Below, piece by piece: positions 28,327-38,889 of a DNA stretch of 64,000 bases. The stretch is taken from the IMG/VR virus record IMGVR_UViG_3300035138_000114, one strand, 5' to 3'. Origin of the DNA: a virus. Positions within the stretch are counted from its first letter, which is position 1; every line of letters begins with the position of its first letter. The notes under the pieces are model-generated. The model saw only the letters and a list, made by a program, of their open reading frames with translations, had not been told where the DNA came from and did not search any database. The translations under genes and the position numbers were made by a program.

Positions 28327-30420
28327 GTGTTAAAGCGCCGGGAGAAAGGGGATGAGAAGCGTCAGGTGTTGGTAAGGGGGGTATATGACCCGTTGCGTGG
28401 GGAGTGGAGTCGGTTACATTTAGCCTTGGGGTTTCACACGACACGGCGGATGGACACGGAGACGGGGCATTATCAGCGGATGATATTTAGTGATCGGGCG
28501 TTTTTATACGGGATGTATGCAGACGGGCATCCATTTCGGGTAGTTCGGAAGGCGGTTCAGGTGTATATGACCGAGGCCGCGTATTTACAGGTGGTAGATT
28601 GGTGTCGGGCGGGGTATCATGGGGGGTATATATTACCGACATTAGGGGAGGCGCAGAAATTTGTTCAGCAGCGGATCAAGACCTCGATATTGCGGAGTCC
28701 CTATTATCAGTATTTAATGCGGGGAGCGGCGGCGGCGACTCAGAGTGTAGACATACGGAACATCGGGTTAGGATCGGTGACATTTATTGGGGCGCGGGTG
28801 AAAAGTGCGTTGGCGGGGCATGATTGGGATTTTTATGTGTCGGATGAACATGATTTTAACGTCTTAGGGGGCGGGCAGGCGACGGTAGACATGGCAAGAG
28901 ACCGTGTAACGGCGAGTATGTTACAGGCCAGCATCATACAGGGCAACCCGCAAGCGTCCCAGGTGATGGTAGACGGGGAGTATCGGGCTGGTGATCAGCG
29001 GATATGGGTAGCGAAGTGCCCGCATTGTGGGCGGTGGCAGCCGTACAGTTTTTTTGCGGGGGTAGTTCGGCAGATAGAAGAGTGGAAATATATCTTGAGG
29101 GATGCGACCTGGGCGCGGGAAGATACGCGGGACATACACTATATGTGCCGCTATTGTACCCGTCCGATGCCGCGTTTTGGGTTACCTTCGGAGTGGGTGG
29201 CGATGTTTCCGGGTCGGGAGGTGCATAGTTACTGGGTGAATCAGATTATGGCCCCGAATTTAAGCTTGAGGCAGATGTCCTTTCGGTTTTTTAATGAGGC
29301 GGTACGCAGTATAGACGGAATGCAGCAATTTTGGGCGACCACGGAAGGGAAGGGGTATAGCCAAGCCCGTGGAGAGATTACAGAGGCGATGTTACAAGAT
29401 TGTGTCATTGCCTTGAGTGAGCGGCCCGCGAACTGGCAAAAGACGACCGTGATGGGGATAGATGTGGGGAAGCTCTGGTTATATGTGGTGATTGCCCGTG
29501 TATGGGGAGAATGGTTGATTTTGGAACACTGGGGCAAGTACAAAGATGTGGATGAGGTATACCGGCTAATCAACCGGTATAAGGTATTATCGTGTTTAAT
29601 GGATGCACAGCCGGAATACCGGACATTTTTGAATTTACGGGAGAAATCGGCGAAGACGCGGCGGGTAACATGGGGGTTATACTACTTAACCGGTCCCAAA
29701 CAGCGGGCGAAAGTGGATCAAAAGAACCATTTAATCCATGATGACCGGACGTTTATGATAGATCAAGTCTATGCCCATATCGTGGATAAGCTCTTAATCT
29801 TGCCTGGAAACGCGCTGATAGATAAGGAGCTTAAAGAACACTTGACAAGCTCTGTTCGGGTTGAGATAATGCCTAAGAACTCAGATGTTCCGATGAGAGG
29901 ATGGGAGAGGAAACGAGGCATGGAGGATCACTTTTTACATGCGTTAGCTGCCGCAATTCGGGCGAAACTGATTTTAGATGACGGGTTAATGGGGGAATTG
30001 GCTAATGCTTCCCATGTACCGGGCGACATGGTAGACCTGATTGCATTCGACCGTCCGTTAGGAGATGATAAGTCGGAGGAACGCTTTCGAGCCTTGCAAC
30101 GGGAGCGGTTTCAGATAGAACAGCGTTGGAAAACCCGGTTAGATGTTTCGTTATTGTCAGGAACGATAGTCCAGGCGGTTGACATCTGTGTTCCCGAGGA
30201 GTATTTAATCGTCCGGGCGTTATTGCAAGAACTGATTAACCGCTGTCAAGAAGAAGGCCGTCCCGTGTGGAAAGCAGCGGCGATTTTAGCCTTACAGCGG
30301 TTAGACGCGCACCATGAAGTTGACGATCACGCTGGCAACGGGGAGAGGCAGAGAGACGATCTTGGCAGTGGAAGCTCTGAAGAAGAGCTTGACGCGGATC
30401 TCCTCGAAGAACTTGCCTAA
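28327..30420 (+). CDS. terL: phage terminase large subunit (GpA-like)
   Basis: RKAVQVYMTE (KxxQxGxTE position), YVSDEHD Walker B, CPHCG...CRYC Zn motifs, GIDVG nuclease motif, DHFLHA. Confidence 0.75.
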   Translation: MLKRREKGDEKRQVLVRGVYDPLRGEWSRLHLALGFHTTRRMDTETGHYQRMIFSDRAFLYGMYADGHPFRVVRKAVQVYMTEAAYLQVVDWCRAGYHGGYILPTLGEAQKFVQQRIKTSILRSPYYQYLMRGAAAATQSVDIRNIGLGSVTFIGARVKSALAGHDWDFYVSDEHDFNVLGGGQATVDMARDRVTASMLQASIIQGNPQASQVMVDGEYRAGDQRIWVAKCPHCGRWQPYSFFAGVVRQIEEWKYILRDATWAREDTRDIHYMCRYCTRPMPRFGLPSEWVAMFPGREVHSYWVNQIMAPNLSLRQMSFRFFNEAVRSIDGMQQFWATTEGKGYSQARGEITEAMLQDCVIALSERPANWQKTTVMGIDVGKLWLYVVIARVWGEWLILEHWGKYKDVDEVYRLINRYKVLSCLMDAQPEYRTFLNLREKSAKTRRVTWGLYYLTGPKQRAKVDQKNHLIHDDRTFMIDQVYAHIVDKLLILPGNALIDKELKEHLTSSVRVEIMPKNSDVPMRGWERKRGMEDHFLHALAAAIRAKLILDDGLMGELANASHVPGDMVDLIAFDRPLGDDKSEERFRALQRERFQIEQRWKTRLDVSLLSGTIVQAVDICVPEEYLIVRALLQELINRCQEEGRPVWKAAAILALQRLDAHHEVDDHAGNGERQRDDLGSGSSEEELDADLLEELA

Positions 30421-30976
30421 AAATCCCGTTGTACGGCATGAACATGGAAGAAATGAATTTGTCTATGTAGAGGACTCCAATGAAACCGATTGTAGGGGAA
30501 TCATACACGATACAAGAATACCTTAACATGTTGCCGGATTTCCGTCAAGCGGTACTTCGCTTTCAACGTCAAATTTTAACCGGTTGTAAAACAGGAGATA
30601 AAATAAGCATGTATCTTGTAAAAGACTTGTCAATAGGGGAATTACAACGGTTTGAAGAGTCTGTTAAAGCAGGGAAAATATTTTAATGGAGGTCATTATG
30701 ATTGTTTACAAACAGTGGTTGAAGATCACCACAAAACGGAAGAAAGAAGATCAAGAGCCATCTAACACCCGATTACTTTGTGATGGTTGGTTTCTTTTCG
30801 GGGTTATTCCGTTATATATCCGCCGAAAAAATCTTGATCTTCCGTCTGTTTAACATGAATATACGCCAAAACACCGTTATTTGGGCAACTGGGATAGTCC
30901 AGTTTTGCCGGGGACTTCTAAAACGCATAAAACAACGAATTTTCCCGGAAAAGCCCGAAAAACAAGAGGAAGAGTC

Positions 30977-31798
30977 ATGAAAACGTCAAAAACGTTGTTT
31001 ATCCTTACCTGTGTCCTTGTAATGGGCATTTTGGTAGCCTGCGCGGAGCTATTAGATGACATCGGAGATTTTATTGACACATTACCTGATCCGGAAACGA
31101 CACCGACACCTGGACCAGAAGAAACGCCGACGCCGACAGAGACCCCGTTACCGACTGTAACGCCAGAGCCAACCGAAACTCCTGAGATTCCGACTCCCAC
31201 ACCGACCGCTACGCCGGTGCCACTCCCCGATAATGTGTTTTTTATCGGATTTGATCAGGCAGAAACACGGTATGGAAAAGTTAAAGACGGGGTTTATACT
31301 ACAGAATCCCGCTGGTGGTATGCACACTGGGAGATTCCGACAACGGCTTCCGGGTATATCGAATTTACGGCAAAAGGCTTTCAACAGGACGAACTATACG
31401 GGGGAACAGAGTTTAAGAGTGTTCTGGTGTCAATGTGGTCGGGCGAAGACGGCTATGATTACGCCAATGCTCCGTATATCTTTGAAATTCGGAAATATGG
31501 CTTTATCAAAGACCGTCCAGACGCTTCAAACGCCTTTAAAGCAAAGATCAAAAGCCGGGGAGAGTGGGAAGAAAGCGGTTACGTCACCAGAGATTGGGAT
31601 CCCGAAAAAGAATATCATTTCCGGATCGAGTGGGGGAATTCAACCGTTTTAGTGTTCAGAGACGGAGAGCATGTCTTGACAGGGCAGTATAATGGGCCGT
31701 TTGCTCCGACAAAACATCAAATCCAACTGGGAGCTAACCCACGGCGTTATGCCCCAAAAGGTCTGGTTATTTCAAACGTAATCATCGGGAAAAAGTAG
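30977..31798 (+). CDS. lipoprotein with Pro/Thr-rich linker and beta-sandwich (LamG/ConA-like) domain
   Basis: Signal peptide with LVAC lipobox; (PTE)n linker; YHFRIEW..V.V.RDG. Confidence 0.6.
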   Translation: MKTSKTLFILTCVLVMGILVACAELLDDIGDFIDTLPDPETTPTPGPEETPTPTETPLPTVTPEPTETPEIPTPTPTATPVPLPDNVFFIGFDQAETRYGKVKDGVYTTESRWWYAHWEIPTTASGYIEFTAKGFQQDELYGGTEFKSVLVSMWSGEDGYDYANAPYIFEIRKYGFIKDRPDASNAFKAKIKSRGEWEESGYVTRDWDPEKEYHFRIEWGNSTVLVFRDGEHVLTGQYNGPFAPTKHQIQLGANPRRYAPKGLVISNVIIGKK

Positions 31799-31799
31799 G

Positions 31800-31905
31800 C
31801 TTTCAATCTCTAAAAAGAGTTTGGAGGAAGAGTCACACTTCCCACGCTGGACGTGAAATACGCCACATAGCCGGTCAGCCTATAGGCTTTCCGGGTACTT
31901 GTAAT
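31800..31905 (-). ncRNA. stand-alone natural single-guide RNA scaffold (copy A)
   Basis: 32-nt core identical to the tracrRNA; ends in CTCT-TTTT-AGAG-ATTGAAAG. Confidence 0.7.
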
Positions 31906-31909
31906 TCCC

Positions 31910-31939
31910 ATATTACATACAAGTAATATCTGTTGTCAA
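31910..31939 (-). promoter_or_regulatory. sigma70-like promoter of copy A
   Basis: TTGACA-18 nt-TAATAT, same layout as the tracrRNA promoter at 40441-40470. Confidence 0.6.
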
Positions 31940-32126
31940 GAAATTTTTTATCTTGCACGAAAACTTCCATTTTTTCTTCACCTGATATTGCCCGTCAATA
32001 GGAGAATTTGGGGCGATCTTTCAAAAATACCTTTACAGAATTGCTAAAGTTTTCTTGACAAAAGTTTAGCAAAGATTTATCCTCTTCTGTCTATGCCCTT
32101 AAAATGGGCTAACTCAGGAGAAAATT

Positions 32127-32978
32127 ATGGAAAATGCACTCAAAAAGGCACTTGTCAAAATAGGACAAAATAGGATTTTAAAGAATGTTCCCCGAATAAC
32201 GGAACATTTTACTGTCCAGCGAACTGCCCAAACTGAGATAAAAGTCACGTATATGGGGGATATTGCTTTTCGGGTTGCTTTCGATACAACGGCATCGCCA
32301 TTTATGCCCCGTGTGCTGTTTTATCTGGAAGATCCGGATATTCAAGCCGTCTTTTCCCCGGCGAAGGGGTATGACAAGGCAACAAACATCGTTTTTGAAT
32401 TGTTGCAGGCGATTGTCCAAATATCTCCATATCTCCTTGTCTATCGGGCATTAGAACAAAATCCGGTACAACTTCGGCAACAAGGAACACCGCAAGAATT
32501 ACGGCAGAAGTCAGACCGTATAAAGGCTTATCAGGAACGGATTGAATATTTAGCCGGGTTCTGGTTAAAAGATGCTTTTCCACAGACGGAGCCTATTTTA
32601 TTAGGGGAATGGCTATGGGCTCAAGATTGGCTCTCTCAAGACGGGCTTGACGTTGAACCAGAAGAAGGTTACGTATATGTCTTGAAAGTGGTTAATTTGT
32701 GGCAACGTTATACTAATACCGAATGGCGGTGTTGGATCGGGAAAACTCGGACAAAGAGAGAAGAGATGGAATCCCGATTAGCAACAATTTTCCCGGAGGT
32801 TGAAATCTCATTTCCAATATTTCGGGCGTACCGGATGTACGGGTTAGTGGAAGAAGGGTTATATCGGTTCTTCCAGTCGAAACATTTACAAGAAGGTTGG
32901 TTTGGTTTCAGAAAAGAAGATTATCAAATCATCTCCATTTATGAACCTAAATATGCCTTAAACGGGGAGCCTGAATAA
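32127..32978 (+). CDS. protein with C-terminal T5orf172/GIY-YIG-like domain
   Basis: GYVYVLK...IGKT...E..LY..F....L.EGWF. Confidence 0.5.
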   Translation: MENALKKALVKIGQNRILKNVPRITEHFTVQRTAQTEIKVTYMGDIAFRVAFDTTASPFMPRVLFYLEDPDIQAVFSPAKGYDKATNIVFELLQAIVQISPYLLVYRALEQNPVQLRQQGTPQELRQKSDRIKAYQERIEYLAGFWLKDAFPQTEPILLGEWLWAQDWLSQDGLDVEPEEGYVYVLKVVNLWQRYTNTEWRCWIGKTRTKREEMESRLATIFPEVEISFPIFRAYRMYGLVEEGLYRFFQSKHLQEGWFGFRKEDYQIISIYEPKYALNGEPE

Positions 32979-33382
32979 TGAATGATATGTCAACGTTGAA
33001 AGAGCTAAGTTTCCCTGATTTGATACGGAGACAGCGGGAAGAAAAAGGTCTGACAAAGAAAGAATTGGGCCATAAAACGGGTGTCAGTGAGCCGTTCATT
33101 AGTCGGCTTGAATCAGGGAAAATCGGGACACCGAAGAAACGAAAAGAATTTTTTCTGGAAATGGTGGCTGTGGAGTTAGAAATTCCGATGCCGATTTTAT
33201 TAGAAGCGGCGTTCAAATGGGATTTGCGGTTTCGTGGTGAACTATTGGAAAAGCTTTGTGCCATTGATGATAAGTTGACGGCAGAATTATTTAAGCTTGT
33301 CCAGGAAGCTGCAAACTATCAGGTAAAGGAAATGCTGTGCCAAAGCTGCTCACTTTTACGACAATATTTACCACACATTTAA
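32978..33382 (+). CDS. XRE-family HTH regulator
   Basis: IRRQRE.KGLT..ELG.KTGVS..FISRLE.G. Confidence 0.85.
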   Translation: MNDMSTLKELSFPDLIRRQREEKGLTKKELGHKTGVSEPFISRLESGKIGTPKKRKEFFLEMVAVELEIPMPILLEAAFKWDLRFRGELLEKLCAIDDKLTAELFKLVQEAANYQVKEMLCQSCSLLRQYLPHI

Positions 33383-33438
33383 AAATCTATCCGATATTTA
33401 GTTGACAAATAACTAATATCGTTATAGAATAACGAATA

Positions 33439-33624
33439 ATGATGAAGCCATTAAATTTGTCTGTCCCTGAACAGCAAAAGTCCAGATTAGAAGAAATTTG
33501 TTCTATAACGGGTTTTACGAAGTCTGAACTTGTGAGACAAGCATTAGAAGATTTCCTCCGAAAATGGTGGCAAGAACATCCTGAATATCAAAAACTAGGC
33601 ACGGATGAGCGGGGAAGGCAGTGA
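33439..33624 (+). CDS. ribbon-helix-helix regulator
   Basis: LNLSVP.....LE......G..KSELVR.AL..FL. Confidence 0.75.
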   Translation: MMKPLNLSVPEQQKSRLEEICSITGFTKSELVRQALEDFLRKWWQEHPEYQKLGTDERGRQ

Positions 33625-33730
33625 GTGGACGTGCCTGGATAGACACGGCAAGAGAAAGGAATAGAGTGGCATGGTAACGACAATAAAACTTCGTTGCCTT
33701 GCCGCTACAACTTATAATAAAGGCTATAAC

Positions 33731-34996
33731 ATGAATAAAGAAATATTACTTTCAGAAATTATTTATGAAGAAGAGTTTTATCCACGGTCGGGATTTGATC
33801 CCAAAGTCGTTGAGCAGTATCAAGAAGCCCTTGATCAACTTCCTCCGATTGTTATTACTCATGAAAAATATCTTGTTGACGGGTATCATCGGCTTATTGC
33901 CCATAAAGTCGAAAAACGAGAGACGATTTTAGTTGAAATTATTACACTTCCGAAAGAGCAAATCTTGTGGGAATCAGTGACACGGAATGCCGGACATGGT
34001 TATCAATTAAGCCGATCCGATAAAAGACGACTTGGACAGCAGTTTTATCGGCAAGGCAGAACGATTACAGAGATTGGTACTGTGTTAAGTGTCAGTGAGC
34101 GAACAGTAAATGATTGGACGAAAGAAGACCGCAAACGGAAGAACGACGAACGGAACGAGAAAATCTGGACCTTGTGGATGCAATGTTACACGGCAGATAA
34201 AATTGCAGCAGAACTTACAGAAACTTGTAAGATTACGCAACAAGCCGTATCAAATGTTATTAATACAAAAAAGAGCAAAGCTGCTGAAACTTGTAAAGCC
34301 CCTGAATCGGTGCAAACGGACACGATTTGGATGTTTCAACAGAATGATTCCCGATATGGCATGAAGTATCCTGGCCGTATTCCCGGCCAGATTGTTGAAA
34401 ACGTGTTATGGGCTTATACCGAGCCGTTTGACATCGTGATTGACCCGATGGCCGGTGGCGGCACCACGTTGGATGTCTGTAAGGCCATGTTGCGGCGCTA
34501 TCAGTGTTATGACCTTGCTCCAGTTCGTGATGACATAAAACAACATGATATAACTCAAGGGATGCCAGAAAATGCCGTAAAAGCAAATTTAATCTTCTTA
34601 GATCCTCCGTATTGGAAGCAAAAACGGGGAGACTATTCAGATGCGTCCACAAATCTGGCAAATGTATCCGTTAACGAGTATACGGTACAAATGAAAGCGA
34701 TTTTCAAGACGTGTTTCAAACAGCTTTCGCCACATGGACATTTAGCTGTGATTATCGGGCCAACACAAGAAAATGGAATCATTTATGATCATGCAAAGGA
34801 GTTTATGTTTTTCTTGGATACAATAGCAACACAAATTGCCCGGATTATTGTTCCGTACACAACCCAACAATTACAGGGATTCCAAGTTGCCGACGCCAAG
34901 AAAAACCGATATTTTTTAAAACGTCACCGAGATTTATTGATTTATCAAAAGAAATATGGATATTTGATAACTCTTTACGTATTCATTTGGCATTAA
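33731..34996 (+). CDS. ParB N-domain / HTH / N4-N6 DNA methyltransferase fusion
   Basis: FYPR, LPPI, LVDGYHRL; YPGRIP, VIDPMAGGGTT, IFLDPPYW. Confidence 0.85.
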   Translation: MNKEILLSEIIYEEEFYPRSGFDPKVVEQYQEALDQLPPIVITHEKYLVDGYHRLIAHKVEKRETILVEIITLPKEQILWESVTRNAGHGYQLSRSDKRRLGQQFYRQGRTITEIGTVLSVSERTVNDWTKEDRKRKNDERNEKIWTLWMQCYTADKIAAELTETCKITQQAVSNVINTKKSKAAETCKAPESVQTDTIWMFQQNDSRYGMKYPGRIPGQIVENVLWAYTEPFDIVIDPMAGGGTTLDVCKAMLRRYQCYDLAPVRDDIKQHDITQGMPENAVKANLIFLDPPYWKQKRGDYSDASTNLANVSVNEYTVQMKAIFKTCFKQLSPHGHLAVIIGPTQENGIIYDHAKEFMFFLDTIATQIARIIVPYTTQQLQGFQVADAKKNRYFLKRHRDLLIYQKKYGYLITLYVFIWH

Positions 34997-35085
34997 ATAA
35001 TCCTGAAAAAGTTTATTTGGGGTAACAAGTAAACTCCTGAATCGTTGCTTGACGGGCGTCAAGTGAGACACAGAAGGAGGCTTTT

Positions 35086-36906
35086 GTGGCTTTTCAAAAC
35101 TTTACACATGAATCATGGTCGGATACTGGGGGAATCCAGCGGATTTTATTACCGGTCGGCATTGTTGCCGCTGTTTTTTTCGTGGCATTTCTGATTATTT
35201 GGCTCTTTTGGAGTACTCCGGATCTCCCGGAATCGTATGAAGAAAAGATCGCCATTGAACACGGGAAAGCAATTCTGAAAAAAGCAGAAACATGGACAAA
35301 AATAGCTCCATTTATCCCGTATTTACAAGCAATCGGAACAATTACGGTAGTAATAGCAGTGGTATTCCTTCTCTATAAAACGGTTGGAATTCGGTATTTG
35401 ACAAGTACTCAAGTCAACCTTGACGGAACACAAATGGTAAATAGAATTCCGATTATCCGAAATACGTTACCCTTTATCCGTCAACTGGGGACGGCGCTGG
35501 TGGAAAATGCGTCCTCTGACCGGATCTTGAGAGCAAACGAGGAAGCCCGTGCGTTGGTCGAAACAACGAGTCATCTTGTAAAAGCATTTCCTCATCCTCG
35601 CTATGGGGCACGGGGACACTATAACATCCCGGCAGAAGTGTTGCCGTACCGACAGGATATTGCTCTGCCCCCACATGACGGGAATGACGGTGGAGGAGGA
35701 CAAGAAATTCTCTGGCTTAGAGATATTTGGAACGATATTCCTCAAAATCAGATTTGGGTTGGTGAGCCGGTAGTGACAGAACGGGCATTTCATCAACCGA
35801 TCAAAATCTTTTTGAAATTTTTTGAGGCGGAATCTATCGCCGTTGCCGGGCGGACCAATCAAGGAAAATCCGTTTTCGCCGGGGATTGTATTGTCCAGCA
35901 ATTACGTAACCTTTGCCGGATCAGCATCATTGACGAACATTATCATCCAATCGGACGGAATCCCCACGCTATGACAACCCGAATTGAAGGAGTCCTTCCT
36001 CTGGTGCATAGCACGGCTTTTCATGATGAGGTTTACGAAGGCAAAGGACTTGCTATTTTTCGGGAATTTGAAGCGGAATATCATCGCCGGGTTGCTTTAC
36101 CCCCTAGATCATTGGCAGACGCCCCGATCTGGTATCTCTGGTTAGAGGAATACTCTACATTTGTGGATACTTACAAAGATGAAGGCATTAAAGAAATTAT
36201 CGCCAACTTGCTCCGTGTTGGAAGGAAATTTGGATTAGCGTTAGGGCTAATTGCCCACGAAATACACAAACGCCATTTACCGTTTCATCAGTTAATCCAG
36301 AACCGGATTGTGTTCTCTTCAGATAAGGACGCGGCTCATCATTTGTTACAAAATAAGAAAATAGCTCAGGACTGCCTTGACATGAAAGCTGGTGAAGCCC
36401 GAATATTAAACACAGAACGGTATCCGAATCGTCCGAAGTTTCAAGGATACTATTATGAACCTAAAGAATTGAGAGAGCTATTGCCGGTACCTCAAGAAGT
36501 ACGGGACGCATACGAAGAAGATCAATTAGCCAAACAAAAAGAAACAATTTCCCTACAAATATCGAAAACTCAGGACATAACCGAATACTGGCGGATGGCA
36601 GAAAGTTCCAAGGTTGTTAGGGCAAGATTAAACGTCCTGAGTCAAGCAATTAATTCGGTTGTTTCTTACCCGAAAATTGAGGCAATGGGGAAAACAATTT
36701 TTAAGGAAGATTCTGTCCTGACATTAAGCCAGATTAAAAAATTTATGTCTCTTGATCCGAAAGTCAAGCCGAAAGGCGGATTTTCTACGGAGTTTATTCA
36801 ACAACTTTATAAGGTGCTTTGGCAGACAGATTGGTCGGCCCAGGTCGTATTTCCAGGAGATCCGATAGATGGCAATACCGTCAAAAAAGACAACACAGAG
36901 GCGTAA
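35086..36906 (+). CDS. membrane-anchored FtsK/HerA-like P-loop ATPase
   Basis: Two N-terminal hydrophobic segments; AGRTNQGKS Walker A; WLEE Walker B; GRKFG.L. Confidence 0.7.
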   Translation: MAFQNFTHESWSDTGGIQRILLPVGIVAAVFFVAFLIIWLFWSTPDLPESYEEKIAIEHGKAILKKAETWTKIAPFIPYLQAIGTITVVIAVVFLLYKTVGIRYLTSTQVNLDGTQMVNRIPIIRNTLPFIRQLGTALVENASSDRILRANEEARALVETTSHLVKAFPHPRYGARGHYNIPAEVLPYRQDIALPPHDGNDGGGGQEILWLRDIWNDIPQNQIWVGEPVVTERAFHQPIKIFLKFFEAESIAVAGRTNQGKSVFAGDCIVQQLRNLCRISIIDEHYHPIGRNPHAMTTRIEGVLPLVHSTAFHDEVYEGKGLAIFREFEAEYHRRVALPPRSLADAPIWYLWLEEYSTFVDTYKDEGIKEIIANLLRVGRKFGLALGLIAHEIHKRHLPFHQLIQNRIVFSSDKDAAHHLLQNKKIAQDCLDMKAGEARILNTERYPNRPKFQGYYYEPKELRELLPVPQEVRDAYEEDQLAKQKETISLQISKTQDITEYWRMAESSKVVRARLNVLSQAINSVVSYPKIEAMGKTIFKEDSVLTLSQIKKFMSLDPKVKPKGGFSTEFIQQLYKVLWQTDWSAQVVFPGDPIDGNTVKKDNTEA

Positions 36907-37501
36907 TACGGGAAAAGCTACGTTTAAAAACGGACAGTTAATTACCCGAAAATGCCGTGTTGCGGGGATTATAGACGGAGATACAATAGATGTCATGTTT
37001 GCCGTCCCCATATATTGGGGTTTTGGAAAGCGGCTGATCCGCGAACGGATCAGAGTCTGGCCTATACAGGCTCCTGAGAAAGGGGAAACTGGGTTTAAAG
37101 AGGCAACGGATCTTCTCGGGTATCTCCTAAGCCTGGGAGACGAACTCCGGATCACGTATTATTCGGAAGGGAACAAACAATGGAGAGGTGCTTTCGGGCG
37201 GTTGCTCGGTATTATAACAGTCGAAACTGGTTGGTTTCGTCAAATTGACGTATCCGAGGCAATGCTTAAGGCGGGGTATGCCAAGCTTTATCACGCCCCC
37301 GATCTTATTGCGCCTGAAGCGTTACAACGGTATCGGCAAGTAGAGCAGGATGCCGCCCGTCAAAAGGTCGGATTATGGGGATTTTCGGATGTCAAAACCG
37401 CTTTTCCCCACACGTCTAATTTAGGGAAAGTCGTAAAGACCGTTTTTAAAGGGTTCTTGATCGGGCTGGCTATTGTAATTATCGTTTGGTTGTTTACATG
37501 A
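36869..37501 (+). CDS. thermonuclease (SNase-like) with C-terminal TM segment
   Basis: IDGDTI, IQAPE, GRLLG, L..GYA, A...K.GLW. Confidence 0.88.
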   Translation: MAIPSKKTTQRRNTGKATFKNGQLITRKCRVAGIIDGDTIDVMFAVPIYWGFGKRLIRERIRVWPIQAPEKGETGFKEATDLLGYLLSLGDELRITYYSEGNKQWRGAFGRLLGIITVETGWFRQIDVSEAMLKAGYAKLYHAPDLIAPEALQRYRQVEQDAARQKVGLWGFSDVKTAFPHTSNLGKVVKTVFKGFLIGLAIVIIVWLFT

Positions 37502-37725
37502 CATATCAGGAACGAAAACAAGCACGGAAAGAACACTATTTGAAACATGTTTACGGATGGAGACTCCGCCCGTGTTCCGCATGTAGCGGGTCAGGAGTAT
37601 ATGATAACACAGGGAGCCCGCCGTGTGGGGCTTGCGATGGTACAGGGAAAGAACGGTATCCTGGCCCGAAAGCTCTTGCATTACGGGAACAAGGGAATAA
37701 TGGAAGTAGAAGAAAAACGATTTAA
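37498..37725 (+). CDS. small DnaJ-type zinc-finger protein
   Basis: CSACSGSG ... CGACDGTG. Confidence 0.55.
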   Translation: MTYQERKQARKEHYLKHVYGWRLRPCSACSGSGVYDNTGSPPCGACDGTGKERYPGPKALALREQGNNGSRRKTI

Positions 37726-38218
37726 AGGGATTATTGTTCCGGTAACATTTTTAACCCGGTTTCTGGCGAAACCTGAGCAGGAAAAATTTTCAATTCCCGT
37801 TATACTGAACATTCCGAAAGATGCAACCGTGAAACAGGTATTTTGGGATTATAGTAGAGACGGGTTAGTTATTTTTTATGAACACCCGTCTTTTGAGGCA
37901 ATCGGCCCAACAAATCCGATTCCCATAGAGCCACTTGAGGTTACGATACTTGACCTTAAAGAGCTTGTAAAAACTGAGGCATCGGAGCTTTTCACAAGGA
38001 TGGAATCTTTACGGTCAGGTCTGACCGTTATTGGAGAAGAATTCGAGAATATGACCGTTTATCGGGTAGGTAATGATCCGGTGAGCAAAGAACAGTTTGA
38101 TCAATGTCAATCGCCAATTATCGGGGTAACAATCGGAAATACATTCTATCCTGCAAGCCAGATCGCCTTAGTAAAACGGGATGAAACAAACAGATTCTTG
38201 AAGGATTACAGATTATAG
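37700..38218 (+). CDS. hypothetical protein
   Basis: ATG at 37700 after AAGGGA. Confidence 0.5.
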   Translation: MEVEEKRFKGIIVPVTFLTRFLAKPEQEKFSIPVILNIPKDATVKQVFWDYSRDGLVIFYEHPSFEAIGPTNPIPIEPLEVTILDLKELVKTEASELFTRMESLRSGLTVIGEEFENMTVYRVGNDPVSKEQFDQCQSPIIGVTIGNTFYPASQIALVKRDETNRFLKDYRL

Positions 38219-38517
38219 CGAAGTATTTACCTGAAGGTGATAACGGGGAATTTAGTGCCACTCATGATTCTATAGCAGCGGGATCATCCTGTATCGGGGC
38301 TGGCCCGGAATTCACGAAAATTTCTACAGAAGACCATGCCCGACTGAAGGTGTTAGGCTGGTACTATAATGCTAAATACGAGGCATGGTGTCATCATTGT
38401 TGACTCAATAAGTCATCCAGTCGGGAATCTTCAGGGATTCCACAGTTAAACATCTGGTTAAAATCACGGGCAAACTTTTCTGTTAAGGCATGGTGTTGCC
38501 CGTCGTCAAGATAAAAA

Positions 38518-38889
38518 TCATTCTCCCTCCTGGTTTTCTTCTTGTAGCGGGCACCAATAGTTTCTCAAGAACTGGGCAAAAGTTGTCGAAATACAGAAGT
38601 TAATAACAGGCGAAGCCGGGATGGTTCTCATCTGTTTAACCTCTCCCCCAGTTTTATTAAAGGTTTCAATGTCAAATCGGGAATGTGCCCGCCGATTTGT
38701 TAAGGAAATGACTCCTAAATGTTTCCATGTAAATTTAGGAGATTCAAACAATAGTTCCACAAGTGCTTGTGAAAAAGCCCCGATTACCTTCTTGACCGTC
38801 CCTCGGGGAAGGCCAGTTTTTTCCATTATCCTGTCAACTACCGGTTTACTTGCTTCCCATTTTTTGGGATAAATTGGAATATCCTTCAT
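38518..38889 (-). CDS. HU/IHF-like DNA-binding protein
   Basis: V..I..KTGL....V..VI..F...L.E.L, LG.I....R, IPA...I.F pattern. Confidence 0.65.
   Translation of the reverse strand: MKDIPIYPKKWEASKPVVDRIMEKTGLPRGTVKKVIGAFSQALVELLFESPKFTWKHLGVISLTNRRAHSRFDIETFNKTGGEVKQMRTIPASPVINFCISTTFAQFLRNYWCPLQEENQEGE

Noticed and set aside
32116-32129. 14-nt identity (AGGAGAAAATTATG) between spacer 2 and the start of ORF 32127
   Set aside because: The flanks do not match, and a short AT-rich RBS/start match is plausible by chance, so it is not a self-targeting protospacer.
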